Origin: Macrostomum lignano
Taxonomy: Eukaryota
Reading direction: 5' to 3'
Length of the DNA stretch: 64,000 nt
Assembly (NCBI GenBank): GCA_002269645.1
Contig: NIVC01000556.1
Span: forward strand, 124,001 to 188,000
Each line of letters starts with the position of its first letter. Position 1 is the stretch's first letter. A program made the position numbers and the translations under genes. The notes beneath the pieces are model-generated. The model was not told the origin of the DNA. It was given only the letters and a program-made list of their open reading frames with translations, and searched no databases. Shown here piece after piece: positions 46,801 through 57,200 of this stretch.

Positions 46801-49800
46801 TTAAGGCGTGGCCGCGGGGCGGCGATGGCGGTTGCCAGACGGTGGGTGGCGCAGTGCGGGTCGGCCACGTTGGCTTCGCGGGTGCGCTCGGCGAGGACCC
46901 GGCGGAGGGCGGCCCGTGCAGAACCGAAGCCGATCGGCGTCTCGTCCTGGGGGAGGCCGGCCGCGGTCTTGGCGGTGACGTCCGCAGCATCGTTCCGCCG
47001 GAGGTCGCAGTGGCTAGGGACCCATTGCAGCCAGATGGGGAAGCGGGCGGCGACGTGGGTCAGCAGCGTCCAGATCTCCCGGCACGCTGGCGAGGAGGAC
47101 TTGGACGGTCCCTTCTCGAGGGCTCGGAGCAGGGACTGCGAGTCCGTCAGGCAGCGGAGGCCGCTCAGGGAGGCAAGGTCCGGCCTGGAGGCGGCGTGCT
47201 GAAGCCCCAGCCGGAGAGCCGACTCCTCGGCACGGAAGGAGGAAGAGTAACGGCCCGCAGCCTGCGACAGGTGGACTGGCGGCGCGGTCTTGCTGAAGAT
47301 GACCGCCCCCGCTCCGCCGTTGAGGGTGCCCCCGGAGGCTGAACCGTCTGTCCAGAGTTCCAGGTCGGCGGGCGGGAGGCTCGCCAGCGTCTCCAGCGCG
47401 GCCAGCTTTCTGACGTGGGGCGCGTCCTCTCGGGAGGTCGCGGTCAGGAGGTCGCAGCGGATGATGACCCGGCTGGTGTCGGACCATGGCGGCGGAGGGA
47501 GGTTCTCCTGCTCCCGGGGGAGGGGGGCCAGGCCGGCGGCGGCGCTCAGGTGCTGCGCCGAGTCGCGCCAGTTCCTGCGGAAGGCCCCAGGCTCCCCGTG
47601 AGCGCGCAAGCGGGGCGTAGAGGTCTTGCCCGCTGCAGCGCGGAGCGGAGTCGGTTGTCGGTGACGGAGGGCTCGCTCGAACAGGGCTGCGCCTGCCACC
47701 TCCGCTCTGGTCGCCAGGGGCACGAGGTCGGCCTCAGCCAGGAGGGCGCCAATGGCGGTCGAGCGGCAGCAGCCAGTGATGACGCGAGCGGCCGATCGAT
47801 GTGCAATCTCGACTTCTTCCCGGCAGGAGTCGGACGCGAAGGTGAGCCACGTGGAGGCGCCGTGGAGCGCGGCCGCCTCCGCGTAGGTGCGGTAGAGCTG
47901 GGCGAGGCGCTGGCCGTCCTGGCCCCAGTCGCGGCCCGCGAGGCAGCGTAGGACGCCGGTGCGCTGCTGGAGGGCGCGGCGCCGGAGCTTGGCGTGGTGG
48001 CGGAAGGTCAGCCGGGAGTCGAGGTGCACTCCCAGGAGCCTCGGGTGCAGCTCGAACGGAGCTGGCGAGTCGCCGAGGAGGATGCGCGGCTGGACCTTTC
48101 CGTTGACCTCCCGGGGGTCGAGCGAGAAGAAAGCGACGACCGACTTGGTGCGGCTCAGGTCCACCTTCCAGGTTTGGGACCAGCGCACGAGCCCGTCGGC
48201 CGCCGGTTGCAGGGCCCGCTCACACTCCCGAGGGGTGGTCCCTTGCGCGCCGAAGGTGCTGTCGTCGGCGTACACCAGCGTGAGGCAGTTCTTGGGGGCG
48301 CCGTCCAGGAGGTCGTCCATGTAGATCACCCACAGGATCGGGGCAAGGACCGACCCTTGCGGCAGCCCCTCGGAGAACACGGTTGGCTTGCAGGCCGCAC
48401 TAACCCACCGCACGAAGGCCCTCCTGTCGGAGAGAAATCCCTTGAGCCAGCGGATGAGGCAGGTGGGGATCCCCTTCCGACCGAGCTTGACGATGAGGGC
48501 GGCTCTCCAGACGCGGTCGTAGGCTCTGGAGAAGTCTGCAAGGAGCAGGGCGGTGCGGGCTGCCGGCTTCTTGGCCTGGAAACCGTCAAAAATGTACTGG
48601 GCCGCCGCGGCGATGTGCTCCTCCGTGGAGCGGCCCTGACGGAAACCGGCTTGCGACGGGTGGAGGGCGTCATTTGCCTCGAGGATGTAGGACAGCCGCT
48701 CGTTCACCATCTTCTCGGCGAGCTTGCCCAGGCAGCTGAGGAGGCTGATAGGGCGGAAGCTGGATGTCAGGCCGGCTGGCTTGTCCGATTTGGGGATCGG
48801 GCGGATCTCCGCAAGGCGCCACGGGGCGGGCACCTCCCCCGTCCTCCACGAGAGGTTCAGGAGGTCCAGGAGGCAGCGGAGCCCCAGGTCGGACAAATGC
48901 TTCAGCATGATGTTCGCGACCCCGTCCGGTCCCGGGGCCGAGCGGTCCGGCAGGCGCACCAAGGCGCGGCGGAGGGCGTCGGGCTGGAAGTCGGAGCAGG
49001 GGCCGCTGCGGAGGCCTTGGCAGCTGCAGGGGGCGCGGAGCGTGTGACGGGCTTCTTGGATGACCGGCCGGTCTACCGCCTTGTTCTTGGGGAGCCTGCT
49101 GACGGCGGCGTACTCCCGGCAGAAAAGCGCGGCCTTCTGTTTGTCGGAGACGGCCGATGCCCCCGTGGAGCCCTGGATGGCAGCCGACGAGGGGGTGCCC
49201 TGGGACCGTCCGTCGAGGGCCCGGATGATCCGCCAGAGGTCGGTGGAGCACAGGTCGTGACCCGGGTCGGTGATGAAATCACGCCACAGCGACTCCTTGG
49301 CGCGGCAGATGGCGTGAGCAGCCGCGGCGGCAGCAGCCTGGTACGCGGCCGAGAGCGCCGGGTCGTCCGGGCTCGCGCGAAGCGCTTCGAGCGCTGCGCG
49401 GCGGGCGGTGCAGGCCGCCTCGGCTTCCGGGCACCACCAGGCGATCGGGGCGCGCCGGCAGCCTCTCGGGATGGCCGCCTTAGCGGCGCTGGTGACGGCG
49501 GACGCGAACCGGCTGGCGGCGACGGGCACCGTGCGTGGGGGGCGCTCCGGCCAGCTGGCCAGGGCCTCGTCGAGGGTCCGCTGGAACAGGTCCCAGTCCG
49601 CCTTGTGGTAGGCGTACCGCGTCAGGCGCTTGGAGCTGGAGCGGGCCGGGCCGGAGGCTGCGATGTCGATGATGATCGGCAGGTGGTCTGAGCCGATGTG
49701 CTCCCCGGTTCGCCACTCAATCCGGTCTTGCCAGGAGGCGTGGGCGAAGGAGACGTCAGGGGAGCTCGGCAGGCCGCGGGGGCTGATCCTAGTTGGGGAG

Positions 49801-52518
49801 CCGTCGTTCAGAGCGACCAGGTCGTAGGTCGTCGCCCAGTCTTCGAGGGCCCTGCCCAGCTCGTCGTCGTCCGCCGAGGCGTCCCACATCCCGTGGTGGG
49901 CGTTGAAGTCGCCCAGCACCAACGAGTCCCGTGAAACGGGGATCCAGTCGGGCTCGAAGGCGTCCGTGCGGCCGTCTGCGGCGCGGACCGGCGGGAGGTA
50001 GATGTTGATCACATCCAGGGGGCGCGGAAGCCGGGGGTCGTGGATACGGAGGCCCGAGGCTTCGGCGGACGTGGCGTGGGTGACGAGCTCGCCTAGTGGA
50101 AGGTCGGCGAATTGAATGCCCTCCTTGACAAGGAAGCAGACGCCCCCGTGGTGGGTTCTGGCTGCCTCCCCGTCGCGGCCGGTGTTGCGGTCCTTCCGGC
50201 CAGCGATCTGCCACCCTTTGAGGCGTGGGGCCGCTGTGTGGCCGGACAGGTTCGTCTCCTGGATGCAGGCGACGTCGGCGCCCTGCTTCTCCAGGAAGTG
50301 GAGCAGTTCCAGCTTGCGGGAGCGGAGCCCTGCCGCGTTGAGCTGGACGATGCGGAAAGCCGCCCCGCTGTTGTTCGGCGCCCCCGCCCGCGCTGGTTGC
50401 GCCATCAGGGGGGGGGGTGCCGGCGCGGGGTTCGGGGGAGGTGGAGTCGTGGCCGTTGGCGTCTGGTGGGTGCCAGTGGGGCCTGCAGCCGCGGAGGGGG
50501 CCGGAGTCTCAGCGGGCTGCGGCGCTGAAGCGGCAGGCTGGGGGGCACAGGTGGGGCAGTGCCACGGCGCATTGTCCCGGTGGAGCCGGTTGATAGCCGC
50601 AATAGTGAGGCGGGAACAGCGGCGGTGCCACCACAGGCCGCAGCCGGAGCAGCGGGTGGAGTAGCCCCTGGCCACCTCCTCGGCACAGCCTCCGCACGGG
50701 AAGGCCGGCCCAAGGTTGGACTCGACGTCTCCAGCTCTGAGAAGCAGCTGAGCCAGGTGAGCTGGGAGGTCTGGCTCAGCGTGGAAAAACCCGGGGCGCT
50801 CGAAGACCCTCGCACGGGTCCAGGGTGGTGGCTGCACTTGGCCGGGCGAACCCGGACGGTCCCGCCGCGTGAAGGCGGCAGCCATGGGAAGCGCGCGAGC
50901 GCGCTCCGGGAGGCGGAACCTCCCGACCTGGTTGGTTGGTTGGTTGGTTGGTTGGTTGGTTGGTTGGTTGGTTGGTTGGTTGGTTGGTTGGTTGGTTGGT
51001 TGGTTGGTTGGTTGGTTGGTTGGTTGGTTGGTTGGTTGGTTGGTTGGTTGGTTGGTTGGTTGGTTGGTTGGTTGGTTGGTTGGTTGGTTGGTTGGTTGGT
51101 TGGTTGGTTGGTTGGTTGGTTGGTTGGTTGGTTGGTTGGTTGGTTGGTTGGTTGGTTGGTTGGTTGGTTGGTTGGTTGGTTGGTTGGTTGGTTGGTTGGT
51201 TGGTTGGTTGGTTGGTTGGTTGGTTGGTTGGTTGGTTGGTTGGTTGGTTGGTTGGTTGGTTGGTTGGTTGGTTGGTTGGTTGGTTGGTTGGTTGGTTGGT
51301 TGGTTGGTTGGTTGGTTGGTTGGTTGGTTGGTTGGTTGGTTGGTTGGTTGGTTGGTTGGTTGGTTGGTTGGTTGGTTGGTTGGTTGGTTGGTTGGTTGGT
51401 TGGTTGGTTGGTTGGTTATTTGGAAGGCTCTTGCATCACCAGAGCAAGCAACTCACTGTAGAACATCATGGCCAGCAGTCTGGCATTCAGCTGACTATAA
51501 AAATCCGGTGCAATCCACACTCTCTGGAAGCCGCTGTCCGAGCCAGTTGACAGCACCCTGACCACGTGACTCTCCGACGTCCCAGCAGCTCCTGTTGATT
51601 CGTCATTGATGATTAGCAGGCGACAGTTGATGGCTTTGTTAGTTGCTATGGCAACCACTATAGCCGCGCACAGATTCAAGGAGCAGGAGGCGAGGCAGTC
51701 AATGTCAGACTGGGCATTCGGATCTGTTAGAAATGTGCTGCTCACAGCAGAGCTGATAGTGATTGAATCAGTCACAGACTTATAGTTCCTCGCTGTCATC
51801 TCAGGTTGAGCAGTAGAGCTTTCTGAAAGTCATTAGAAAGACATTAGAAAGAACCACTAACAGAACATAATAATCTAATTGCTAATCCATAGCCTATCTA
51901 TGGATTAACGAATAGAATGGATTGCTAATCCATAGTTTATATGTGGATGAACGAATAGAATGGATTGCTAATCCAATGCCTACATGTAGATTAACGAATA
52001 AAATGGATTGCTAATCCATAGCCTATATGTGGATGAACGAATAGAATGGATTGCTAATCCAATGCCTACATGTAGATTAACGAATAAAATGGATTGCTAA
52101 TCCATAGCCTATATGTGGATTAACGAATAGAATGTATTAGTATTGGAATCTATAGCCTACACTCGTATATGTGGAGTAACAATAGAATGGATCGCTAATC
52201 CATTGCCTATATATGGATTAACGAATAGAATTGGATTGCTGTCTTGACTCTGCAAAAACTTAGTTCAACTTACCTGCAATTATTGCCAGACTAAAAACTA
52301 TAAAAAACATTATAAAAGCGTTTAAACAAACTTCTTCTGACTTTATTTTTAGGTTAATGCAAAAATTTTCCAAGTCTTGCGCACAGCGCATTGGATTTGC
52401 TGAAACCTCGTATTTATTAAGACAGACACTTACCTGTACTCGCCTCAACAAACGGCTTGTTGCTAAGAGCTCTCAATAAAATCCAATTGTTATCCTCTGA
52501 ATGGCAACATTCCAGAAT
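43809..52518 (-). CDS. PAN/apple-like + ALK/LTK-type glycine-rich-domain protein (no TM, no kinase); 5' end unresolved
   Basis: Exons 52518-52434 (tentative), 51822-51457, 46316-45981 and 44308-43809 (TGA), joined through phase-1 introns. Translation: [18 protein letters not shown]...INCRL (PAN-like), [23 protein letters not shown]...[25 protein letters not shown]...GGGGGTFV...[10 protein letters not shown], then [10 protein letters not shown]...[10 protein letters not shown]...GGGGGSF. This matches the ALK/LTK TNF-like/Gly-rich layout. The last exon is absent from the ORF track. Confidence 0.8.
44320..44750. repeat. ~39-bp minisatellite (gaatcaaaatttggattaggcgtttcttagaaagctaca)
   Basis: About 11 copies in two alternating variants; starts about 10 nt from the acceptor at 44309. 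Confidence 0.92.
44908..45908 (+). mobile_element. Solo LTR (1001 bp), Gypsy-like, 4-bp TSD CTAG
   Basis: ctag|TGTAG...CAACA|ctag (TSD at 44904-44907 and 45909-45912). TATAAATA at 45463-45470, a 41-bp direct repeat (45331-45371 and 45403-45443), and AP-1/CRE motifs. No gag/pol sequence. Confidence 0.78.
45463..45470 (+). promoter_or_regulatory. TATA box of the solo LTR
   Basis: TATAAATA lying downstream of clustered TGA(C/G)TCA and TGACGTCA motifs. Confidence 0.6.
46322..46493. repeat. (TTGG)n/(CCAA)n microsatellite, 3' flank of the LINE
   Basis: Perfect repeat, about 43 units. Confidence 0.98.
46506..50885 (-). CDS. Retrotransposon polyprotein: 2A-like, PHD finger, AP endonuclease, reverse transcriptase, RNase H, CCHC Zn finger (1459 aa, intact)
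   Basis: APE: [29 protein letters not shown]: [40 protein letters not shown]. RNaseH: WTDGS, FRAEE, TDSQS, WVPSH..RNDAAD. C-terminal CPRC..ED..HVLLHC. Confidence 0.96.
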   Translation of the reverse strand: MAAAFTRRDRPGSPGQVQPPPWTRARVFERPGFFHAEPDLPAHLAQLLLRAGDVESNLGPAFPCGGCAEEVARGYSTRCSGCGLWWHRRCSRLTIAAINRLHRDNAPWHCPTCAPQPAASAPQPAETPAPSAAAGPTGTHQTPTATTPPPPNPAPAPPPLMAQPARAGAPNNSGAAFRIVQLNAAGLRSRKLELLHFLEKQGADVACIQETNLSGHTAAPRLKGWQIAGRKDRNTGRDGEAARTHHGGVCFLVKEGIQFADLPLGELVTHATSAEASGLRIHDPRLPRPLDVINIYLPPVRAADGRTDAFEPDWIPVSRDSLVLGDFNAHHGMWDASADDDELGRALEDWATTYDLVALNDGSPTRISPRGLPSSPDVSFAHASWQDRIEWRTGEHIGSDHLPIIIDIAASGPARSSSKRLTRYAYHKADWDLFQRTLDEALASWPERPPRTVPVAASRFASAVTSAAKAAIPRGCRRAPIAWWCPEAEAACTARRAALEALRASPDDPALSAAYQAAAAAAAHAICRAKESLWRDFITDPGHDLCSTDLWRIIRALDGRSQGTPSSAAIQGSTGASAVSDKQKAALFCREYAAVSRLPKNKAVDRPVIQEARHTLRAPCSCQGLRSGPCSDFQPDALRRALVRLPDRSAPGPDGVANIMLKHLSDLGLRCLLDLLNLSWRTGEVPAPWRLAEIRPIPKSDKPAGLTSSFRPISLLSCLGKLAEKMVNERLSYILEANDALHPSQAGFRQGRSTEEHIAAAAQYIFDGFQAKKPAARTALLLADFSRAYDRVWRAALIVKLGRKGIPTCLIRWLKGFLSDRRAFVRWVSAACKPTVFSEGLPQGSVLAPILWVIYMDDLLDGAPKNCLTLVYADDSTFGAQGTTPRECERALQPAADGLVRWSQTWKVDLSRTKSVVAFFSLDPREVNGKVQPRILLGDSPAPFELHPRLLGVHLDSRLTFRHHAKLRRRALQQRTGVLRCLAGRDWGQDGQRLAQLYRTYAEAAALHGASTWLTFASDSCREEVEIAHRSAARVITGCCRSTAIGALLAEADLVPLATRAEVAGAALFERALRHRQPTPLRAAAGKTSTPRLRAHGEPGAFRRNWRDSAQHLSAAAGLAPLPREQENLPPPPWSDTSRVIIRCDLLTATSREDAPHVRKLAALETLASLPPADLELWTDGSASGGTLNGGAGAVIFSKTAPPVHLSQAAGRYSSSFRAEESALRLGLQHAASRPDLASLSGLRCLTDSQSLLRALEKGPSKSSSPACREIWTLLTHVAARFPIWLQWVPSHCDLRRNDAADVTAKTAAGLPQDETPIGFGSARAALRRVLAERTREANVADPHCATHRLATAIAAPRPRLNRADAVTLAQLRTGHSPLLRWYRHRIGLDTAATCPRCGAADEDVAHVLLHCRALDDLRARILGPKPSLAVLSTDGLRALDFLRTVGAQTRPPDPTGRE
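50829..50920 (-). ncRNA. Candidate HDV/CPEB3-like self-cleaving ribozyme at the LINE 5' end
   Basis: Manual fold: P1 GGUUCC/GGGACC, P2 UGGCUGC/GCAGCCA, P3 GCC/GGC, L3 UUCACGC, GU junction, P4 CCGGG-UUCG-CCCGG, J4/2 CCAA. Confidence 0.65.
50929..51418. repeat. (TTGG)n/(CCAA)n microsatellite, 5' flank of the LINE
   Basis: Perfect repeat, about 122 units. Confidence 0.98.
51878..52240. repeat. 43-bp minisatellite containing an ATGGATT-GCT-AATCCAT inverted repeat
   Basis: About 8 copies visible. Confidence 0.88.
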
Positions 52519-52859
52519 CTATTCAAATTCTCCATCTTTTGTTTTAATTATCGTTAAAGTAGGACAGAGACAAAGGGTGATTGAAATTCAATACAATTGC
52601 CATTGGTAGCTGAGATAAGCATTCACAGTTTTTGTTTGCAATGTCAACAGACAGACTTGTATTGGCACTTTCAAGACAATAGGAGCTACTAAGAAGGGAA
52701 GACATTTCTTTAAAAATTTCACTGAATTTCTACTTTGAATCTTGCTGAATCCATTTCTGGCTGAGTAGTTTGGCGCCTGGCGTCTTCTGTTTAAACTAAG
52801 TTTGCGTGGGCCTCCTGCTGCGCAAGCACGTAGCTACCCATCAACTTAACATACCCAAA

Positions 52860-53190
52860 AGCCTACTTACATGTACATCTCTCCTCCCTACCTACCTATC
52901 TTTTTACCTACACACCTACCTAACTACCTACCTACCTGCCTACCTACTTACCTACCTAACAACCTACTTACCTACCTACCTACCTACCTACCTACCTACC
53001 TACCTACCTACCTAACTGCCTACCTACCTACTTACCTACCTACCAACCTACCAACCTACTTTCCTACCTACCTACCTACCTACCTAACTGCCTACCTAAC
53101 TACTTAGCTACCTACCCACCTACCTACTTGCCTACCTACCTATCTACCTACCTACCAACTTACTTACCTAACTACCTACCTGTCTACCTC
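52860..53190. repeat. Degenerate (CCTA)n microsatellite
   Basis: Directly visible. Confidence 0.93.
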
Positions 53191-53375
53191 GTAGTCGAGA
53201 CTGGTTAGCTATAGATAGACTAATTGACTGTTGGACAAAAATTCTAAAATTAAAAACATTTCCTACGACATAGCCTCGTAGTTAACATAGCTGGTTAACA
53301 TAGATAAACACAACTCCTTATTAGTATAATTGGATGCTATCTTTTGGACTGTTTGTACCGGAAAGGGGGTTGTAG

Positions 53376-53770
<395 letters not shown>

Positions 53771-53794
53771 TAGAGTGTCGGACTGGGGCAGGGG

Positions 53795-53824
53795 TTATTA
53801 GTTATTATTATTATTATTATTAAG

Positions 53825-53922
<98 letters not shown>
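53795..53922. repeat. (ATT)n microsatellite
   Basis: Directly visible. Confidence 0.97.
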
Positions 53923-54278
53923 CTGATAGATACGAATCTCCAATAATGTTAGATACCTTGCTCTAACGCTACCTGTCAGATAAGGTAATGGCTGGTTAAC
54001 TAAATATCACCTAGCTCTGATAAAAGTGCTGCTTATTAGATATTGATTGTCACCTGTTAACTTGCCAATCAGATAAGCGCGTAAGTTTTTTTAGATAAGA
54101 ACACAACGTTATAAAGAAATGTTGCTTGTTAGATAGATAGAAAGTCCGATGCTATGTTACACAGCTGCTCTGTACCTATTGTACAAGCTCTTCAGAGACG
54201 ATCTTCAGGCTGACTTAAAATCGGGCCATTGACGCTAAAATTTCAGCAAATGTCGATGGGAATATCGGAGGTTAGCAA

Positions 54279-57200
54279 ATATATTTTGCATGTCCAATTG
54301 TCTATGGTTATTCAGTAGTGAATTCAACAATACATGAAGCTATATTTTGCATGTCCAATTGTCTATGGTTATACAGTAGTGAATTCAACAATACATGAAG
54401 CTATATTTTGCATGTCCAATTGTCTATGGTTATACAGTAGTGAATTCAACAATACATGAAGCTATATTTTGCATGTCCAATTGTCTATGGTTATACAGTA
54501 GTGAATTCAACAATACATGAAGCTATATTTTGCATGTCCAATTGTCTATGGTTATTCAGTAGTGAATTCAACAATACATGAAGCTATATTTTGCATGTCC
54601 AATTGTCTATGGTTATACAGTAGTGAATTCAACAATACATGAAGCTATATTTTGCATGTCCAATTGTCTATGGTTATACAGTAGTGAATTCAACAATACA
54701 TGAAGCTATATTTTGCATGTCCAATTGTCTATGGTTATACAGTAGTGAATTCAACAATACATGAAGCTATATTTTGCATGTCCAATTGTCTATGGTTATT
54801 CAGTAGTGAATTCAACAATACATGAAGCTATATTTTGCATGTCCAATTGTCTATGGTTATACAGTAGTGAATTCAACAATACATGAAGCTATATTTTGCA
54901 TGTCCAATTGTCTATGGTTATACAGTAGTGAATTCAACAATACATGAAGCTATATTTTGCATGTCCAATTGTCTATGGTTATACAGTAGTGAATTCAACA
55001 ATACATGAAGCTATATTTTGCATGTCCAATTGTCTATGGTTATACAGTAGTGAATTCAACAATACATGAAGCTATATTTTGCATGTCCAATTGTCTATGG
55101 TTATACAGTAGTGAATTCAACAATACATGAAGCTATATTTTGCATGTCCAATTGTCTATGGTTATTCAGTAGTGAATTCAACAATACATGAAGCTATATT
55201 TTGCATGTCCAATTGTCTATGGTTATACAGTAGTGAATTCAACAATACATGAAGCTATATTTTGCATGTCCAATTGTCTATGGTTATACAGTAGTGAATT
55301 CAACAATACATGAAGCTATATTTTGCATGTCCAATTGTCTATGGTTATACAGTAGTGAATTCAACAATACATGAAGCTATATTTTGCATGTCCAATTGTC
55401 TATGGTTATTCAGTAGTGAATTCAACAATACATGAAGCTATATTTTGCATGTCCAATTGTCTATGGTTATACAGTAGTGAATTCAACAATACATGAAGCT
55501 ATATTTTGCATGTCCAATTGTCTATGGTTATTCAGTAGTGAATTCAACAATACATGAAGCTATATTTTGCATGTCCAATTGTCTATGGTTATACAGTAGT
55601 GAATTCAACAATACATGAAGCTATATTTTGCATGTCCAATTGTCTATGGTTATACAGTAGTGAATTCAACAATACATGAAGCTATATTTTTGCATGTCCA
55701 ATTGTCTATGGTTATTCAGTAGTGAATTCAACAATACATGAAGCTATATTTTGCATGTCCAATTGTCTATGGTTATACAGTAGTGAATTCAACAATACAT
55801 GAAGCTATATTTTGCATGTCCAATTGTCTATGGTTATACAGTAGTGAATTCAACAATACATGAAGCTATATTTTTGCATGTCCAATTGTCTATGGTTATT
55901 CAGTAGTGAATTCAACAATACATGAAGCTATATTTTGCATGTCCAATTGTCTATGGTTATACAGTAGGGAATTCAACAATACAAGAAACTATATTTTGCA
56001 TGTCCAATTGTCTATGGTTATTCAGCAGTGAATTCAACAATACATGAAGCTATATTTTGCATGTCCAATTGTGTATGGTTATTCAGTAGTGAATTCAACA
56101 ATACATGAAGCTATATTTTTGCATGTCCAATTGTCTATGGTTATTCAGTAGTGAATTCAACAATACATGAAGCTATATTTTGCATGTCCAATTGTCTATG
56201 GTTATGCAGTAGTGAATTCAACAATACATGAAGCTATATTTTGCATGTCCAATTGTCTATGGTTATTCAGCAGTGAATTCAACAATACATGAAGCTATAT
56301 TTTTGCATGTCCAATTGTCTATGGTTATACAGTAGTGAATTCAACAATACATGAAGCTATATTTTGCATGTCCAATTGTCTATGGTTATACAGTAGTGAA
56401 TTCAACAATACATGAAGCTATATTTTGCATGTCCAATTGTCTATGGTTATACAGTAGTGAATTCAACAATACATGAAGCTATATTTTGCATGTCCAATTG
56501 TCTATGGTTATTCAGCAGTGAATTCAACAATACATGAAGCTATATTTTGCATGTCCAATTGTCTATGGTTATACAGTAGTGAATTCAACAATACATGAAG
56601 CTATATTTTGCATGTCCAATTGTCTATGGTTATTCAGCAGTGAATTCAACAATACATGAAGCTATATTTTTGCATGTCCAATTGTCTATGGTTATACAGT
56701 AGTGAATTCAACAATACATGAAGCTATATTTTGCATGTCCAATTGTCTATGGTTATACAGTAGTGAATTCAACAATACATGAAGCTATATTTTGCATGTC
56801 CAATTGTCTATGGTTATTCAGCAGTGAATTCAACAATACCTGAAGCTATATTTTGCATGTCCAATTGTCTATGGTTATACAGTAGTGAATTCAACAATAC
56901 ATGAAGCTATATTTTGCATGTCCAATTGTCTATGGTTATACAGTAGTGAATTCAACAATACATGAAGCTATATTTTGCATGTCCAATTGTCTATGGTTAT
57001 ACAGTAGTGAATTCAACAATACATGAAGCTATATTTTTGCATGTCCAATTGTCTATGGTTATTCAGTAGTGAATTCAACAATACATGAAGCTATATTTTG
57101 CATGTCCAATTGTCTATGGTTATACAGTAGTGAATTCAACAATACATGAAGCTATATTTTGCATGTCCAATTGTCTATGGTTATACAGTAGTGAATTCAA

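Larger units (their letters stand above)
46494..50928 (-). mobile_element. Full-length single-ORF non-LTR retrotransposon, Ingi/I-group (2A-PHD-APE-RT-RNaseH-CCHC), inserted in (CCAA)n
   Basis: Sharp boundaries against pure microsatellite on both sides. The 5' end is GGTCGGGA; the 3' end is stop TAA followed by (CAA)4. One 1459-aa ORF and no gag-like ORF1. Clade assignment is by domain layout (inference). Confidence 0.95.

Noticed and set aside
47994-49691. 565-aa plus-strand ORF and other ORFs overlapping the LINE
   Set aside because: Antisense shadows of a GC-rich coding strand, with no recognisable motifs.
50920-50940. Target-site duplication of the large LINE
   Set aside because: Cannot be determined because both flanks are the same perfect repeat.
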